From the IMG/VR virus record IMGVR_UViG_3300029448_000016: 64,000 nt of DNA; one strand, given 5' to 3'. The first letter of the stretch is position 1. Every line of letters begins with the position of its first letter. The DNA is from an uncultured virus (IMG/VR IMGVR_UViG_3300029448_000016) (Duplodnaviria; Heunggongvirae; Uroviricota; Caudoviricetes). The position numbers and the translations under genes are program-made. Positions 19,488 through 30,952 of this stretch are shown piece by piece. Under the pieces are notes generated by a model. The model was not told the DNA's origin, did no database searches, and saw only the letters and a program-made list of their open reading frames with translations.

Positions 19488-19850
19488 ATGACAGAAAAGG
19501 AAATATGGTCAATGGATGAATTAGTAGCCCTCACTGATGAGGTGCAAGTAGAGAAAGTAGATTTTAGAAAGAAAGTAGTGGAATTTCAATTTTGTGAGCT
19601 AACAGAAACAGAAGAACCTAAATTCACAGGAATAAATGATTCACTACCAGAAGAAGAAAAGATGGAAATTTACCAAGAGATTGGAACAAAAAGGGTAATA
19701 AAAATGTTATTAAAAGCTAATGACAAAAACCCAGACGGTCCAGTAATAACAAAAAAACAGTGGGCTTTGTTACCAACCACTTTAAGATATGCAATATCAA
19801 ATAAGATTGTAGGTATTCAGGACGAACAAGCAGAAAATTTTCGCGATTGA
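19488..19850 (+). CDS. Tail assembly chaperone (gpG-like)
   Basis: Lies between tube and tape measure genes; AGGAG SD before ATG 19488; slippery heptamer at its 3' end. Confidence 0.75.
   Translation: MTEKEIWSMDELVALTDEVQVEKVDFRKKVVEFQFCELTETEEPKFTGINDSLPEEEKMEIYQEIGTKRVIKMLLKANDKNPDGPVITKKQWALLPTTLRYAISNKIVGIQDEQAENFRD
19835..19841 (+). other. Programmed -1 frameshift heptamer A AAT TTT
   Basis: In-frame X XXY YYZ; the -1 frame runs directly into ORF 19847..20146. Confidence 0.75.
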
Positions 19851-20146
19851 TGCTGGAATCGCCTGATGCGATAATGATTTACATACCCTTAATGAAAAAT
19901 TTGGGTATGAGTTGGAATGAAATTAAAAAGACACCTCGTCATGAATTAGAGGCGTTATGCCGTGCTATGTACGAACATAGTGCTTACCATTCAATGGATG
20001 GCTACACGGCCGAGGATGTCAGCGAAATGGCTAAAAACAAGCCACAAGTGAGGGCACAGTACAATACTTACCTAAAAACGCGACGTAAGTATGAAAGAAT
20101 GACTGGAACGGAAAAGAAACCAAAAAGTTTCAAAGGTATTAGATAA
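19847..20146 (+). CDS. Tail assembly chaperone gpT-like part
   Basis: In the -1 frame relative to the upstream ORF; abuts the tape measure gene. Confidence 0.7.
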   Translation: MMLESPDAIMIYIPLMKNLGMSWNEIKKTPRHELEALCRAMYEHSAYHSMDGYTAEDVSEMAKNKPQVRAQYNTYLKTRRKYERMTGTEKKPKSFKGIR

Positions 20147-22668
20147 TGAGTATGACAGGCCAGCTGTTTGCCACTCGCATTGCTGTAGGATTAGCAGTTC
20201 CTAGTCCACAGGCTTTACAAAAAACAGGTAGTCTTTTAGCTAAAGGTATACGAAGTATGGTTGGTATGGCCCAACAGGCAGGTAAGAGTGGTGGTACTGG
20301 TTTAGTTAAAAATGCGTATTTAACCGATTTACGACAAATTAATGAAGGCACTATTCGTTCCCAGACTAGAATGAACAACGAAATGCACGCTCTTTTAAAA
20401 CAAAACTTAGCACAAATGGACCACACTGCTAGTTCTCAGTTGGGTAAGTCATTTGATAGAACCTCAAAAGCATTTAATTCACTTAAAATGACTATGGCAG
20501 CTCCTCTACAAGCACAATTATCTAAAGGTATGGGTGGCTTAGATGGTATAAATGCTGTTATTAAACAAACCCAAAACTTATATGATATGGGTGCTACAAA
20601 TAGAAGAGAAGTTTTAGCACACGCTGCTCAAAAAGTACAGTTAAGCCAAAAAGCTATCGATTCAATGACACAAGAAGCAGCATTGACTGACACAACTACT
20701 AAAGAAGGACAAAGACAAGTCAATACTTTAGTCGGTAAAATTGATAAAAAACAAAAAGAATTAGATTTAGATAAAGAAATATTAGACAACCTCCAAAGAC
20801 AGTCCCGCGAAGCAGATAAAATGGATAGACTATCTCATAAATTATTATTAAAACAAAGACAAATATCTAGAGCCATATTATCCACAACAGATGCAGTACG
20901 AAATAAATTTAATGAAGCTTTACGAAACTCAGTAATGCTTTTAACTGCTGTAGGTTTTAAATTAACCCAAAATACACAGGAATTAATGGAGTTTGAAAGA
21001 GAACTTTTAAATGCTAATTCTGTATTTAACCTTACTAACGACCAGCTTTTCGAAGTCGGTAATTCAATTATACAATTTGGTAACGAATTTGGTATAGCTA
21101 CGCAAAATGGTGCAACTGGTCTTTACCAACTTGCATCTGCTGGTTTGACCGCAAATGAAGCACTCGAAGTTTTACCACACACCTTAAAACTATCTATGGC
21201 TGTACAAGGAGACCACAATACTATCTCTAAACTTACAGCACAAACGTTGTTTGGTTTTGGTATGGAGATGGACCAAGCAGCACTTATAACAGATAAGTTC
21301 GCTTTTGCTATACAGAAGTCTCTTATTGAGTATCAAGATTTATCAAGCGCTGTTAAGTTTGCTCTACCTTTCTTTACCTCTACAGGGCAATCTATTGACC
21401 AATTGTTAGGGGCTTTACAGATATTGACTAATAGAGCTTTAGAGGCTGGTATAGCTGGTAGGGGTCTTAGACAAGCATTGGCTGAGTTTGCTGAAAGCGC
21501 TATGGATGCTGAAGTAGGATTCCGTAAAATGGGCGTTGAGATATTAAACGCTGAAGGTGAAATGATGCAATTAACTGAGATAGCTGCTCAGTTTGCTGCC
21601 GCAGTTGGACCTGAAACTGCTTCGAATACAGAATTGTTAACAACTTTAATACAAGACTTGAATGTAAGAGGTGCTACCGCATTTATTCACTTGGTTCAAG
21701 CTTCAGATGAATTTACACAAGCAGTTGAAGATACTGCTAATGCAGGTGGACAATTAGATGATATGGTTAGAATACAGAATGAATCTCTAACTGCTCAAAT
21801 ACAAATATTGAAGACTAATATATTTTCTATATTTGCTTTTAGAGATGCTGCTTTTGAAGGAACTGAATTTATTAATGGCTTTCATAAGGCTGTAGTAGAG
21901 ATGGTGGCTGGTTTTAAAGATTTAATTATTGAAGGTGAAGGAGCAGAACAACAATTAACTAGTTTTGGTCAACAAATACAAGATTTTGCAATTGGAGCCG
22001 TTGAAGGTTTCGATGAAGTACTTCAGGATTTAATTAAAAATGCCCAAGAATTAATGGACACTGGTTTCTTTACAGCTGAGAATTTTAGATTGCTAACTAT
22101 ACCTTTACGATTGATGGCAGATATATTAGACATCATGGCTAATACTACAGTGCCCATTTTTAATAGGTCATTGTTTGAATTTTTCATGTATTGGAAAGCT
22201 TTGAAGATGCTAGGTATACCAAGTTTATTAACAGGTATAGGTGGTGGAATTGCATCTGTAGGAAGTGCGATGTATGCTGCCTCTTTTACTGGCACTGGAG
22301 CTGTTGCTGGAAGTGCTACTGGTCTCGCTGCAAGATTAGGAGGGGGATTTGCTGCTAGAACTGCGATTAAATGGGGTGCTAGAGCTGCTTTAGCTGGTAC
22401 TGGTATAGGAACAGCGCTGTTAGCCTATGAAGCCTTAAAGTTTGTAGATAGTAAAGGATATGCGGATGTTCCGGGTATGGCAAATGGTGGTTATATGAAC
22501 AGAGCCAACGGTGGTCCAGTTATGGTAGGAGAACAAGGTCCAGAGTTATTTATGCCGGGACAGGCAGGACAAGTTTTAAATAATGCTGAAACCAATAATA
22601 TACTAGGTAGTGACGTGGTTATGAGAAATGTAACAATAGGAATAGATTCTTTTGGAGGTATAGTATGA
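20146..22668 (+). CDS. Tail tape measure protein
   Basis: TP901-type core (GLYQLASAG, AGIAGRGLRQAL) and C-terminal ANGG...VGEQGPELFMP. Confidence 0.9.
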   Translation: MSMTGQLFATRIAVGLAVPSPQALQKTGSLLAKGIRSMVGMAQQAGKSGGTGLVKNAYLTDLRQINEGTIRSQTRMNNEMHALLKQNLAQMDHTASSQLGKSFDRTSKAFNSLKMTMAAPLQAQLSKGMGGLDGINAVIKQTQNLYDMGATNRREVLAHAAQKVQLSQKAIDSMTQEAALTDTTTKEGQRQVNTLVGKIDKKQKELDLDKEILDNLQRQSREADKMDRLSHKLLLKQRQISRAILSTTDAVRNKFNEALRNSVMLLTAVGFKLTQNTQELMEFERELLNANSVFNLTNDQLFEVGNSIIQFGNEFGIATQNGATGLYQLASAGLTANEALEVLPHTLKLSMAVQGDHNTISKLTAQTLFGFGMEMDQAALITDKFAFAIQKSLIEYQDLSSAVKFALPFFTSTGQSIDQLLGALQILTNRALEAGIAGRGLRQALAEFAESAMDAEVGFRKMGVEILNAEGEMMQLTEIAAQFAAAVGPETASNTELLTTLIQDLNVRGATAFIHLVQASDEFTQAVEDTANAGGQLDDMVRIQNESLTAQIQILKTNIFSIFAFRDAAFEGTEFINGFHKAVVEMVAGFKDLIIEGEGAEQQLTSFGQQIQDFAIGAVEGFDEVLQDLIKNAQELMDTGFFTAENFRLLTIPLRLMADILDIMANTTVPIFNRSLFEFFMYWKALKMLGIPSLLTGIGGGIASVGSAMYAASFTGTGAVAGSATGLAARLGGGFAARTAIKWGARAALAGTGIGTALLAYEALKFVDSKGYADVPGMANGGYMNRANGGPVMVGEQGPELFMPGQAGQVLNNAETNNILGSDVVMRNVTIGIDSFGGIV

Positions 22669-25600
22669 GCTTAAGAGCTGTACGAAGAAATACCTTTTAT
22701 AAAAAAGAATTTGTCACTGACGTTTTCAATGTAAATCCACAATTTAAAGATTTAACACAAGCAAATAATACTACCAAGGCAGGAAATAAATTTACAGTAG
22801 GTACTGTATTAGACTCTAATTTGGCTTATTTAAATGGACTTTGTGCAGATTATCCTGATTATGGTTCGGGAGAGTTAGTTGGTGGTTTTTTACAATTATA
22901 CAATAGTAGTATTGATTTTCAAGATGGGAGAAGTGTCCCTGAAATTGCTGGTTTTAGAACACAACCAGATATAACTCCAGTTGAGGGTCAATATTTTTTA
23001 GCTACGGATAGCGGTAGTATAGTAGGTAGTGGAGTTGGAGATATTGTAGGAAACAGAGTTACAGCATTTGATAGTAGGCCAGTGTCTCAGATACCCTTCG
23101 CATATGATAGTTTTGAAGGTATTACTGAGTTAAATGGTGTAACAAAGATAACTGGTGGCTCTATTACACAATATGTAGGTCCTTATATTTCATTTGAAAA
23201 GTGGCCTGCGTTTTTAAAATGGGCTGGATTAGAAGCTGGTGATATAAATGCAGGTATACAAAGCAGTGGAATCGAAGTTATGAGTGGAACAAATGGTGTA
23301 CAAATAGGATATAAAATATATATTAATAAGTCGAGTGGAAGACATAGTTATAGTATACGGTCAAAACTAGATGAATTTACTTTTTCTAAAAAGGCATTAT
23401 CGTCTGAAGTAGAACCTACGAGCATAAGTAGAGAATTTGCATTAAATATTGCAAAAGCGTTATATAATACTACTACTGGGGTTTATGGTCCCGATGTAAT
23501 GCAGACACAAGAAGAACCATTTTATAATGGTACATTTTCACTTTCTAGTGCTATGGCAGAAGGATTAATAGATTTTGAAAGTGTATTTGCTGTACCTGCT
23601 ACCGACAATAGTACAGGACCAGCAGCAACTACTACTAACACTATATTTAACGACATTTATGCAACCGACGTAAGTAACAATCCGTTTTTCAGTGGACCAA
23701 ACGAACCTCTCGTAAGTACAGTAACTGAGTTAAGTACTGAAAAAAGTTTAGACGGTAATAACTCGTTGCGTATGTACCATACTTGGGAACATTCGACAAT
23801 TCCTTTTTCTTTAGGTGATGGGAAAAATATAATTCCACAAGTTTTAAGAGCTAGTATATATAATATACCAATGCCTCCACCTCCTTTTGATGTAGGAATG
23901 GACACTGTTTCAACTCAACTACCGAATACTAACAATGTAGGTAATATGCAAAGTGTTATTCCAGAAATAAGAATGGGACTTAATATTACTAAATTAGCTT
24001 CAAATTTACCATTAAGAATCAAACAAACTAATTCAAGTAACCCTGTAAGTGGAGCACGTAGTTTTATGAATAGTGCTGATATGGCTAACACTCTTTTTAG
24101 TAGTTACGAAAATACATTTTTGAGAAGTGCAGTTGTTACTTTCTCTAATTACAAACCTAAACCCGAGCATACTACTGTGGATAAATTTATGGCTTACGGC
24201 TTAGAAAGATTTTACACAGGTAAAGATACTGATAATATAGTGGGTGGTGTAGTTTTTACTACATTCGACCAAAGTATTGTAGACCAAGCTAATATAGCTT
24301 CTACTACTGTAGGGTCTGTTCCTGACATGTATGCCTTCCCTTTACCAGTTACACAGATAAAGAGTCTGGTTTCTAATACAGGTCATACTGATGGTAAAAC
24401 TTTACTGTCTGGTGGAATGGTAAGAGCAATTGGTAAAGCTGCTGATGATTATCCATTTTTAGATACACTTACTTGGGGTGTTACACCTGTAATTTCAGGA
24501 GCTACAACTGGTAGCAATTCTTTAGAAGATACTGATGGTTATTTAAGATTTGCTGAATTACCTTTGAATGGTTGGTTTGACATGAGATGCTTTTTTGATG
24601 TTAAACAAAAAAATAACTTTGGTACTACATCTAAAAGACCATACGGTCTTGATAGTGGTCCTCTCAGCAATCCAACTATGGCTGCCGACGCTGATACTGG
24701 TATACCATTACGCATTATATTTGATACACACGAAGGACCAAGAGAAGAGGGTCAAACTTTAGAAACCGATACACGTAATTTACCTTTCTTAGATATATTC
24801 TTTCCTGTAGGTGTAGGAGGAGTCGAGGGTACCAACTATCCTACTGGAGGAGCTAATTATAATTTTGCAGATAATCCTTCATGGTTTCCTAAGCATATGA
24901 CTATATGGTTACAGAATTACCCATGGAGTGAAGGAGGTAGTAATTTTGCATTTGAAACTACTGCTGGAGACCAAGTACGATATCCTTCTGGAGCTAATAT
25001 GGAAGCTGAAATGTTTATTGATAGTGTAGGTCTATACAACTTTGCACCTAGGATAAGAAACTTCTCAGCTCAGGGTAGAAATAGTAATATGACTTTTGAA
25101 TCTTTACAACACAGTAGTCCTATATCAACTATGATATCAGGTACTTCAACTGTTTCTGCTACGCCTAAATATTTTAAAAAGGCTTGGGTACAGTCTTATG
25201 CTGCGGTAAGTGGTACTGCTGCTTTGGAAGTAACTGGAACTTGTTCTTTGGTGTCTGGAACTGCTATAGTAACTATACCTGAAACTAGTGGTTTTGATTG
25301 TGGGACTATAGAAAATTTAGCAACCTCAACTGGAGTAGATGGTGAAAGCCCACCTACTATTGCTAGTGCAAGTGAAGGACTTTCTATACGAGGTACGGGT
25401 ATACCTGCTGATACTTTTGTAAACATTTTAACTGCAAATACTTTTCAAATGGTAGGTGGTGGTGCTGGTGCAGCTGTCAATTCAACCGGTGACGGTGTTA
25501 CTGATACTTACACTACTGATGTAATATTTAGTTCTTTTGGTACATTAAGACCGGGTCGAAATAAAGCTAATTTATACAATTATAATGTAGGACAAAACGT

Positions 25601-27887
25601 AGCGTTAGGACTTAATGAAAAAACTTATTTACCTCAAACTACTAATTATTCATCCTACGCAAATGGATATTTACTTTGGAATGATTTTTCTACTCCTAAT
25701 TATGAAGAGATTAAAACTGACCCAATTTTACCATTAAAGATAGATAATAATGTTAATTCTGCAATATTTGGTAAAACCAGTGGTATCATTAGTGTTGATA
25801 CTGGCATAGTTTCACATGATATTAATCTAGGTGCACAATTTGATGCCCCAAGTTATTATGTAAGTGGTACTACAACTGGTAGTAATATATCGGGTGCTCA
25901 ATTTGGTTTGTCTGAGGGAACTACTGTTGTTACACTAGGTTCTAATTCTATGGGAATTGGTACAGGTAATAGTAATCAGTTTGTTAATAATGATGGATTC
26001 CGTCAAAAAGGATTTATAAGTTGGGATGTTAGTGGGACTAACAATGGTATTAGTGATTGGTCTAAGAGAGAGGCGATTGCATGTAGTACCAAACTAACCG
26101 AAGTTGGAGGTATTACTTTGAATGCTAATCAAATAAGAGTGGACCAACCTACTATATTTAATAGTGTGGACCCTGATGAAACTTATATTATATATTATGT
26201 GGGGGAAACTAAAACCACGGCTAGTATGAAGACTGGTTTAAAATTGAATTCATTAGAACCAATTGTAGGTGACGTTATATCTTTTACTGAAGATTTACAT
26301 TATGCAGATAATGGTGATAGAAATTTAATAACCGAAAGTAATCTTTCTCAACTGTGGATATGCCCAGAAAAGTATTGGGTAACTATGACTTTTGATACTC
26401 CTCCTACTCGTGTTTCTAGAAGTTATTCTAATGTTTGTATGATTCAGAACATTCCAGCAATAGCAACTTGTTCTGGAGCTTCTTATAATGAATGGCAATA
26501 TAGTTATAATGCTCCTTCAACTACTGGTGGAAGAGCAGGGTATTATGAACGTACTTGGGATTTGACTCCCTCTATTGATAATGATACTTTTGTACTCGAT
26601 ACGGATTTTGGTTTTGGAGAGTTTGACGAAGAAACTAGTGCTGGCGGAACTTTTATAGAAGGGCCAGTATATGTTAACAATTACATGCAATATAGCTTAA
26701 ATAATGTAATGGGCGCTCGAAAAATAGAACCCGGAAGAAATGTACCTCTTGCTTTTTATCTTAAAGATAGTGGTACAGCTACTAAAAGCGTAACTTTCCA
26801 TAACAATGATTCTACTTCAGGTAAGAATTTCCAAAGAAGACCTACTTATTATTGGGAATTTAAAGATGAAGCACCTGTAATAAGGAATCTTAAAATAACT
26901 CCACCTATAGATGTAAACACTGAAGATTTCTATGATATGGAATCTCAAAATTTAAACTCTTTAACTTTCAACTGGGATGAAGATGGTGATGACATATGGT
27001 ATAGGATGTTAATAATTGATGACGTTCCTATCAAAGACAAATATTCAAGCGCAACAGCGTGGTTACCTCTCAACGAAAGTCTAAACGATTTAAATTCACC
27101 CCCTACTATAAATATATATAACCCTACTACAAATGCTTCGGCTGCTTTAGGAGCAGGTGTAGCAACTGGTGTAGGAACAGATGTTAGAACTGATATTGAT
27201 GGTCAGGGAGGTTATGCTCCAATCTTTTTAAATTCAGCTAATGGGTACATTACAATACCTAAGACAGTTAATAGTGGATTATATAATTTGGAAGCCTTTA
27301 CTTTATCTACTCATGTGACATTTTCTACTGGTGACCTTGGAAGTCGCGCAGGTCTAGTTACACAAGCAGCTTCTGCTACTGCTTCTGCTACTGATAACTT
27401 TTTCATGTATAAAGACAGTAATGATAAAATAGTAGTTACAATTGGCGCTGATATAGCTATGACAGGTAGCGCGGTAGTTCCTTGTAATAGTAATGAACCT
27501 GTTTCTATTATAGTAACTATGGATAAAAATAGTAGTGCTAACATAAAAGCTAAACTTTTCCAGAATGGTGTTTTAGTTGCATCCAGCACTGGTGAAACTA
27601 TAGTCGCAGGAAACAATGATTGGTATCTAGGTGGTAAATATGCAGCTTCAAGACCAGTAACCACTGGTAGAATAGAAGAATTTGTTATATATAACAAAGC
27701 TCTTGAGATAGTAAGTTCTGCTAATGAGTACTTATTTAATAGTGTTGATTTACTAGATATAGATGGTACTACAAATAAAACTTATAATGCACGTTTGATT
27801 GCAGCAGATTATCATAATTTCAGAGGTAGTTCACCTCGTGGCATTGGTATGTCAAATCAACTATCATGGAGGCCTACTACGGTATAG
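22665..27887 (+). CDS. Large tail-tip/adhesion protein with C-terminal LamG-like domain
   Basis: 1740 aa, S/T/G/N-rich; C-terminal KLFQNGVLV...WYLGG...GRIEEFVIYNKAL. Confidence 0.75.
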   Translation: MSLRAVRRNTFYKKEFVTDVFNVNPQFKDLTQANNTTKAGNKFTVGTVLDSNLAYLNGLCADYPDYGSGELVGGFLQLYNSSIDFQDGRSVPEIAGFRTQPDITPVEGQYFLATDSGSIVGSGVGDIVGNRVTAFDSRPVSQIPFAYDSFEGITELNGVTKITGGSITQYVGPYISFEKWPAFLKWAGLEAGDINAGIQSSGIEVMSGTNGVQIGYKIYINKSSGRHSYSIRSKLDEFTFSKKALSSEVEPTSISREFALNIAKALYNTTTGVYGPDVMQTQEEPFYNGTFSLSSAMAEGLIDFESVFAVPATDNSTGPAATTTNTIFNDIYATDVSNNPFFSGPNEPLVSTVTELSTEKSLDGNNSLRMYHTWEHSTIPFSLGDGKNIIPQVLRASIYNIPMPPPPFDVGMDTVSTQLPNTNNVGNMQSVIPEIRMGLNITKLASNLPLRIKQTNSSNPVSGARSFMNSADMANTLFSSYENTFLRSAVVTFSNYKPKPEHTTVDKFMAYGLERFYTGKDTDNIVGGVVFTTFDQSIVDQANIASTTVGSVPDMYAFPLPVTQIKSLVSNTGHTDGKTLLSGGMVRAIGKAADDYPFLDTLTWGVTPVISGATTGSNSLEDTDGYLRFAELPLNGWFDMRCFFDVKQKNNFGTTSKRPYGLDSGPLSNPTMAADADTGIPLRIIFDTHEGPREEGQTLETDTRNLPFLDIFFPVGVGGVEGTNYPTGGANYNFADNPSWFPKHMTIWLQNYPWSEGGSNFAFETTAGDQVRYPSGANMEAEMFIDSVGLYNFAPRIRNFSAQGRNSNMTFESLQHSSPISTMISGTSTVSATPKYFKKAWVQSYAAVSGTAALEVTGTCSLVSGTAIVTIPETSGFDCGTIENLATSTGVDGESPPTIASASEGLSIRGTGIPADTFVNILTANTFQMVGGGAGAAVNSTGDGVTDTYTTDVIFSSFGTLRPGRNKANLYNYNVGQNVALGLNEKTYLPQTTNYSSYANGYLLWNDFSTPNYEEIKTDPILPLKIDNNVNSAIFGKTSGIISVDTGIVSHDINLGAQFDAPSYYVSGTTTGSNISGAQFGLSEGTTVVTLGSNSMGIGTGNSNQFVNNDGFRQKGFISWDVSGTNNGISDWSKREAIACSTKLTEVGGITLNANQIRVDQPTIFNSVDPDETYIIYYVGETKTTASMKTGLKLNSLEPIVGDVISFTEDLHYADNGDRNLITESNLSQLWICPEKYWVTMTFDTPPTRVSRSYSNVCMIQNIPAIATCSGASYNEWQYSYNAPSTTGGRAGYYERTWDLTPSIDNDTFVLDTDFGFGEFDEETSAGGTFIEGPVYVNNYMQYSLNNVMGARKIEPGRNVPLAFYLKDSGTATKSVTFHNNDSTSGKNFQRRPTYYWEFKDEAPVIRNLKITPPIDVNTEDFYDMESQNLNSLTFNWDEDGDDIWYRMLIIDDVPIKDKYSSATAWLPLNESLNDLNSPPTINIYNPTTNASAALGAGVATGVGTDVRTDIDGQGGYAPIFLNSANGYITIPKTVNSGLYNLEAFTLSTHVTFSTGDLGSRAGLVTQAASATASATDNFFMYKDSNDKIVVTIGADIAMTGSAVVPCNSNEPVSIIVTMDKNSSANIKAKLFQNGVLVASSTGETIVAGNNDWYLGGKYAASRPVTTGRIEEFVIYNKALEIVSSANEYLFNSVDLLDIDGTTNKTYNARLIAADYHNFRGSSPRGIGMSNQLSWRPTTV

Positions 27888-30800
27888 ATAGTATGGGTCT
27901 TGTTTGGTATTCTGATTCAGGAGCCTCTTCTGTAATTACTACTAGTACGGTGAATTCTGAAATATATGCTAAGTTATCATTTAAACAACCTGATGTTCGT
28001 GCTGTTTATATAGATTGGGATGATGGAACTTCTAATAAAAAAACCGAATCTAATTATCAATGGGTTCAAACTACTGAACCTGTACAAGATATTGTGGTAA
28101 GTCACACATATAATAAATCTGGTACGTTTAATCCAGTTGTACAGAGTATAAATTCAGATGGAATTGTATCTCGATACTACGGTAAAGACGCCACTAATAC
28201 AGATGTAGTCCCTTATAGTCAACTAACTACAGTTTTAGGTATGGCTGTGAGTGATACCTCCCCTACAGCAATTATGAGAGTAGAAAACACCACCGTAAAT
28301 GCAGGAATAGATAATTCTGTTATGGAAGGTGAAGGACCATGTAGTGTATATTTTGGATTAGCTCCTACTTTAACGCAAGCAGAATTAAATACAATAGGTC
28401 AAGTAAAGGTCGAAGTAGAAGTTATTGTTAATTACAGCAAGTATATATCAACAAGTTCAGATATAGTTAAAATGGGGAGTAACGAATCACCACAAACAAT
28501 AAGCTTTGACGTAGACCTTACATCTTCAACTAATAAAACTCAAAGTTTATATAGTATATTAGCCTCAACTACAGCACCTCTCAGTAATGGTGTTGCTGTT
28601 TTTGGTAAGATATCGAGAATACTTAAATTTAAATATGTTAGTGCAAAGAGTTATGGTGCAGCTTCTTCTGAAGCTAATACAGGTACAGATTACACTTTAA
28701 ATGCTCTTTATAATAAATTAAAAATGTTTTTGGTGGCTAAATCTCCATCAACTGGTAAGTTTTATCCTATTTGTTATATATCATCAGGTATGCCTGTTAA
28801 ATCAGTAGATACTAATACAAGGTTTTCAACATTAGATTTCTCACAAAGTAGAGCTGCGGCTTCTAATTCCACTATTTCTAATTATCGGTTTGATAATGGT
28901 AAAATGTGGGATAGTTATTGGCCTGTTTCTAACTGGTCTTTGAGTACAAATATCTTAGGTACTGCAACTTTACAGTCAGGTAGTGTTCTACCAGTACACT
29001 ATTCATATGTTACTCCTTCTCGTGGTATTGGAACAACAGGCGCTATATCTGGAAAAATCTTATTTGACGATGATAATGCCCAAAAGTGGTATACCGGAGC
29101 TATTCCTCAAGCAGATGAACTTATTTTAACTGATGATTTTGGTAGGATTTATGACCAGTATTACATGACTAGAAACTCTGTAGTCGCTTCTTCTACTTCA
29201 GGTAGTGTAATAACAGGTAATCAACCAGAAGTATTTGTAGTAGAACCATCTCCTAACTTTACAACATCGGCTGATGTATCTACACATAACCCTGTAACAG
29301 ATATAACTACTGCAATGAAAAACAACGCATCTGGTTCTAGTTTTATTGCTGGTGCTATAAATTCTGTAACTGAAGGGGGAACAGACATGTTCAATAACCC
29401 TATTGGATATGCAAATCAAGATTATTTAATATTAGCTTTTGATTCGATTACAAATAAAGTTTTCTTTAATATGGCTAATTATGCTCAAGGTATGATGGAT
29501 GACGCTGGTGCAGCTTTAAACGCTTTAAGTATTGGAAGTGTCGAATATTTACGTCTCGAAAACTCAGGTACAAAAACACAACATGCAACGTGGAAACCTT
29601 TAGTATTTAAAGATACTACGAAGATAGATAAAGAAGAGTGGACTGTTGCTAGTGATGATTATAAATTTTACTCGAGTTCATTTTGTAAATCAGGGTATAT
29701 CTCGTTTGATATGCCTTTAGATTGGGGCGCAACTTCTATTACAAATCTATGTGGTGGCGTCTACAATACTGCTGCTGGAACTTTATCTGAAGCTATAAGT
29801 GCTGGAACTGATGATATAATAATAACTGGTACTGTTACTAATAATGGTTCTGTTTCTAATTATGGTAAAACTAGTACTATAGTTGGAATTAATACTTCAC
29901 TAGCAGCTATTGGAAGTGCTGATGATGTAGGTGCATATAAATACATGGGTATTTTAAAGTCAGGAAGTGGAGTTAGTCAGCCCTCTGGTGCAGCGTATTG
30001 GTTAGCCTCAGGTACCTCAGTGAATGGTTGGAACGGTGAAACCGATGCAACTAGTGCAGTAACATTCCAGTATGGTGAAACTGGTACTTCTGCTAAGGAT
30101 TCAGAGTTCTGGGTTGCTCCGGTGAATAGTTCTACTGTTCAAATGATAGTTCGTAGAGTTAATATGTATGATGTTTTACCGGGTGCTTCAAAAGTATTCC
30201 AAGACGACAAAAATAATACAACGGTGAGCGCTGCTAAAATTATGCCTGTGGATTCTAACAACTGGAGAGCGGGCTCTGTATATTTTAGAAACAGATATAA
30301 CGCTACTCAAGCTGGACTTACAGGTTCTTCATGGGCTACCAATTCTAAATATTTATTAAGGATTGCATTCAGCGGAACAACTGGTGTATCAAGTGCCTCA
30401 GTTGCAGTCCCTCAGTTTGAAAATGTCTTTGATGGTACACGTGGAGATAGTGCTATAATCAAGGTAGTTGATGATTCTGCTTATAGTTTGAACTCTTTAG
30501 CTATTACTAGTGATGTTTCTTTAAGTAGAAGTGGACATTACTTTAAAGCTATTACACGTAAAGGTAAAGTTTATATTAGTAAAACTGGCATTCAATTAAC
30601 TACTTTTGGTTTGAGTAGTGTAGCTCTAGGAGATGAATCTCTAAGTAGCTCTGCTATGTTTGATAATCACGGACCTTCTACATTATATGGACATCTTCAT
30701 ACTGTACGTAGATTGCAGGCTGAGAATGTACCTGTGTATTGGGATGAACCTCAGAAGGACGGTACTTTTGTTAGAATATGGGGTTCAATAACTGATGTAA

Positions 30801-30952
30801 CTGAAACACGAGGAACTGGTGGACCAAAAGCTATAGTTAATTTTTCATTTAATATAACCGTCAAAGAGATAGCAATGATAGATAATACTGGTGATTTAAT
30901 GACTGATTTATTTCCTTTAGGAGGAATACTCAATGATAGAAACTATTCCTAG
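27866..30952 (+). CDS. Tail protein with N-terminal PKD-like domain
   Basis: IDWDDG...SHTYNKSGTF PKD signature; position. Confidence 0.7.
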   Translation: MEAYYGIDSMGLVWYSDSGASSVITTSTVNSEIYAKLSFKQPDVRAVYIDWDDGTSNKKTESNYQWVQTTEPVQDIVVSHTYNKSGTFNPVVQSINSDGIVSRYYGKDATNTDVVPYSQLTTVLGMAVSDTSPTAIMRVENTTVNAGIDNSVMEGEGPCSVYFGLAPTLTQAELNTIGQVKVEVEVIVNYSKYISTSSDIVKMGSNESPQTISFDVDLTSSTNKTQSLYSILASTTAPLSNGVAVFGKISRILKFKYVSAKSYGAASSEANTGTDYTLNALYNKLKMFLVAKSPSTGKFYPICYISSGMPVKSVDTNTRFSTLDFSQSRAAASNSTISNYRFDNGKMWDSYWPVSNWSLSTNILGTATLQSGSVLPVHYSYVTPSRGIGTTGAISGKILFDDDNAQKWYTGAIPQADELILTDDFGRIYDQYYMTRNSVVASSTSGSVITGNQPEVFVVEPSPNFTTSADVSTHNPVTDITTAMKNNASGSSFIAGAINSVTEGGTDMFNNPIGYANQDYLILAFDSITNKVFFNMANYAQGMMDDAGAALNALSIGSVEYLRLENSGTKTQHATWKPLVFKDTTKIDKEEWTVASDDYKFYSSSFCKSGYISFDMPLDWGATSITNLCGGVYNTAAGTLSEAISAGTDDIIITGTVTNNGSVSNYGKTSTIVGINTSLAAIGSADDVGAYKYMGILKSGSGVSQPSGAAYWLASGTSVNGWNGETDATSAVTFQYGETGTSAKDSEFWVAPVNSSTVQMIVRRVNMYDVLPGASKVFQDDKNNTTVSAAKIMPVDSNNWRAGSVYFRNRYNATQAGLTGSSWATNSKYLLRIAFSGTTGVSSASVAVPQFENVFDGTRGDSAIIKVVDDSAYSLNSLAITSDVSLSRSGHYFKAITRKGKVYISKTGIQLTTFGLSSVALGDESLSSSAMFDNHGPSTLYGHLHTVRRLQAENVPVYWDEPQKDGTFVRIWGSITDVTETRGTGGPKAIVNFSFNITVKEIAMIDNTGDLMTDLFPLGGILNDRNYS

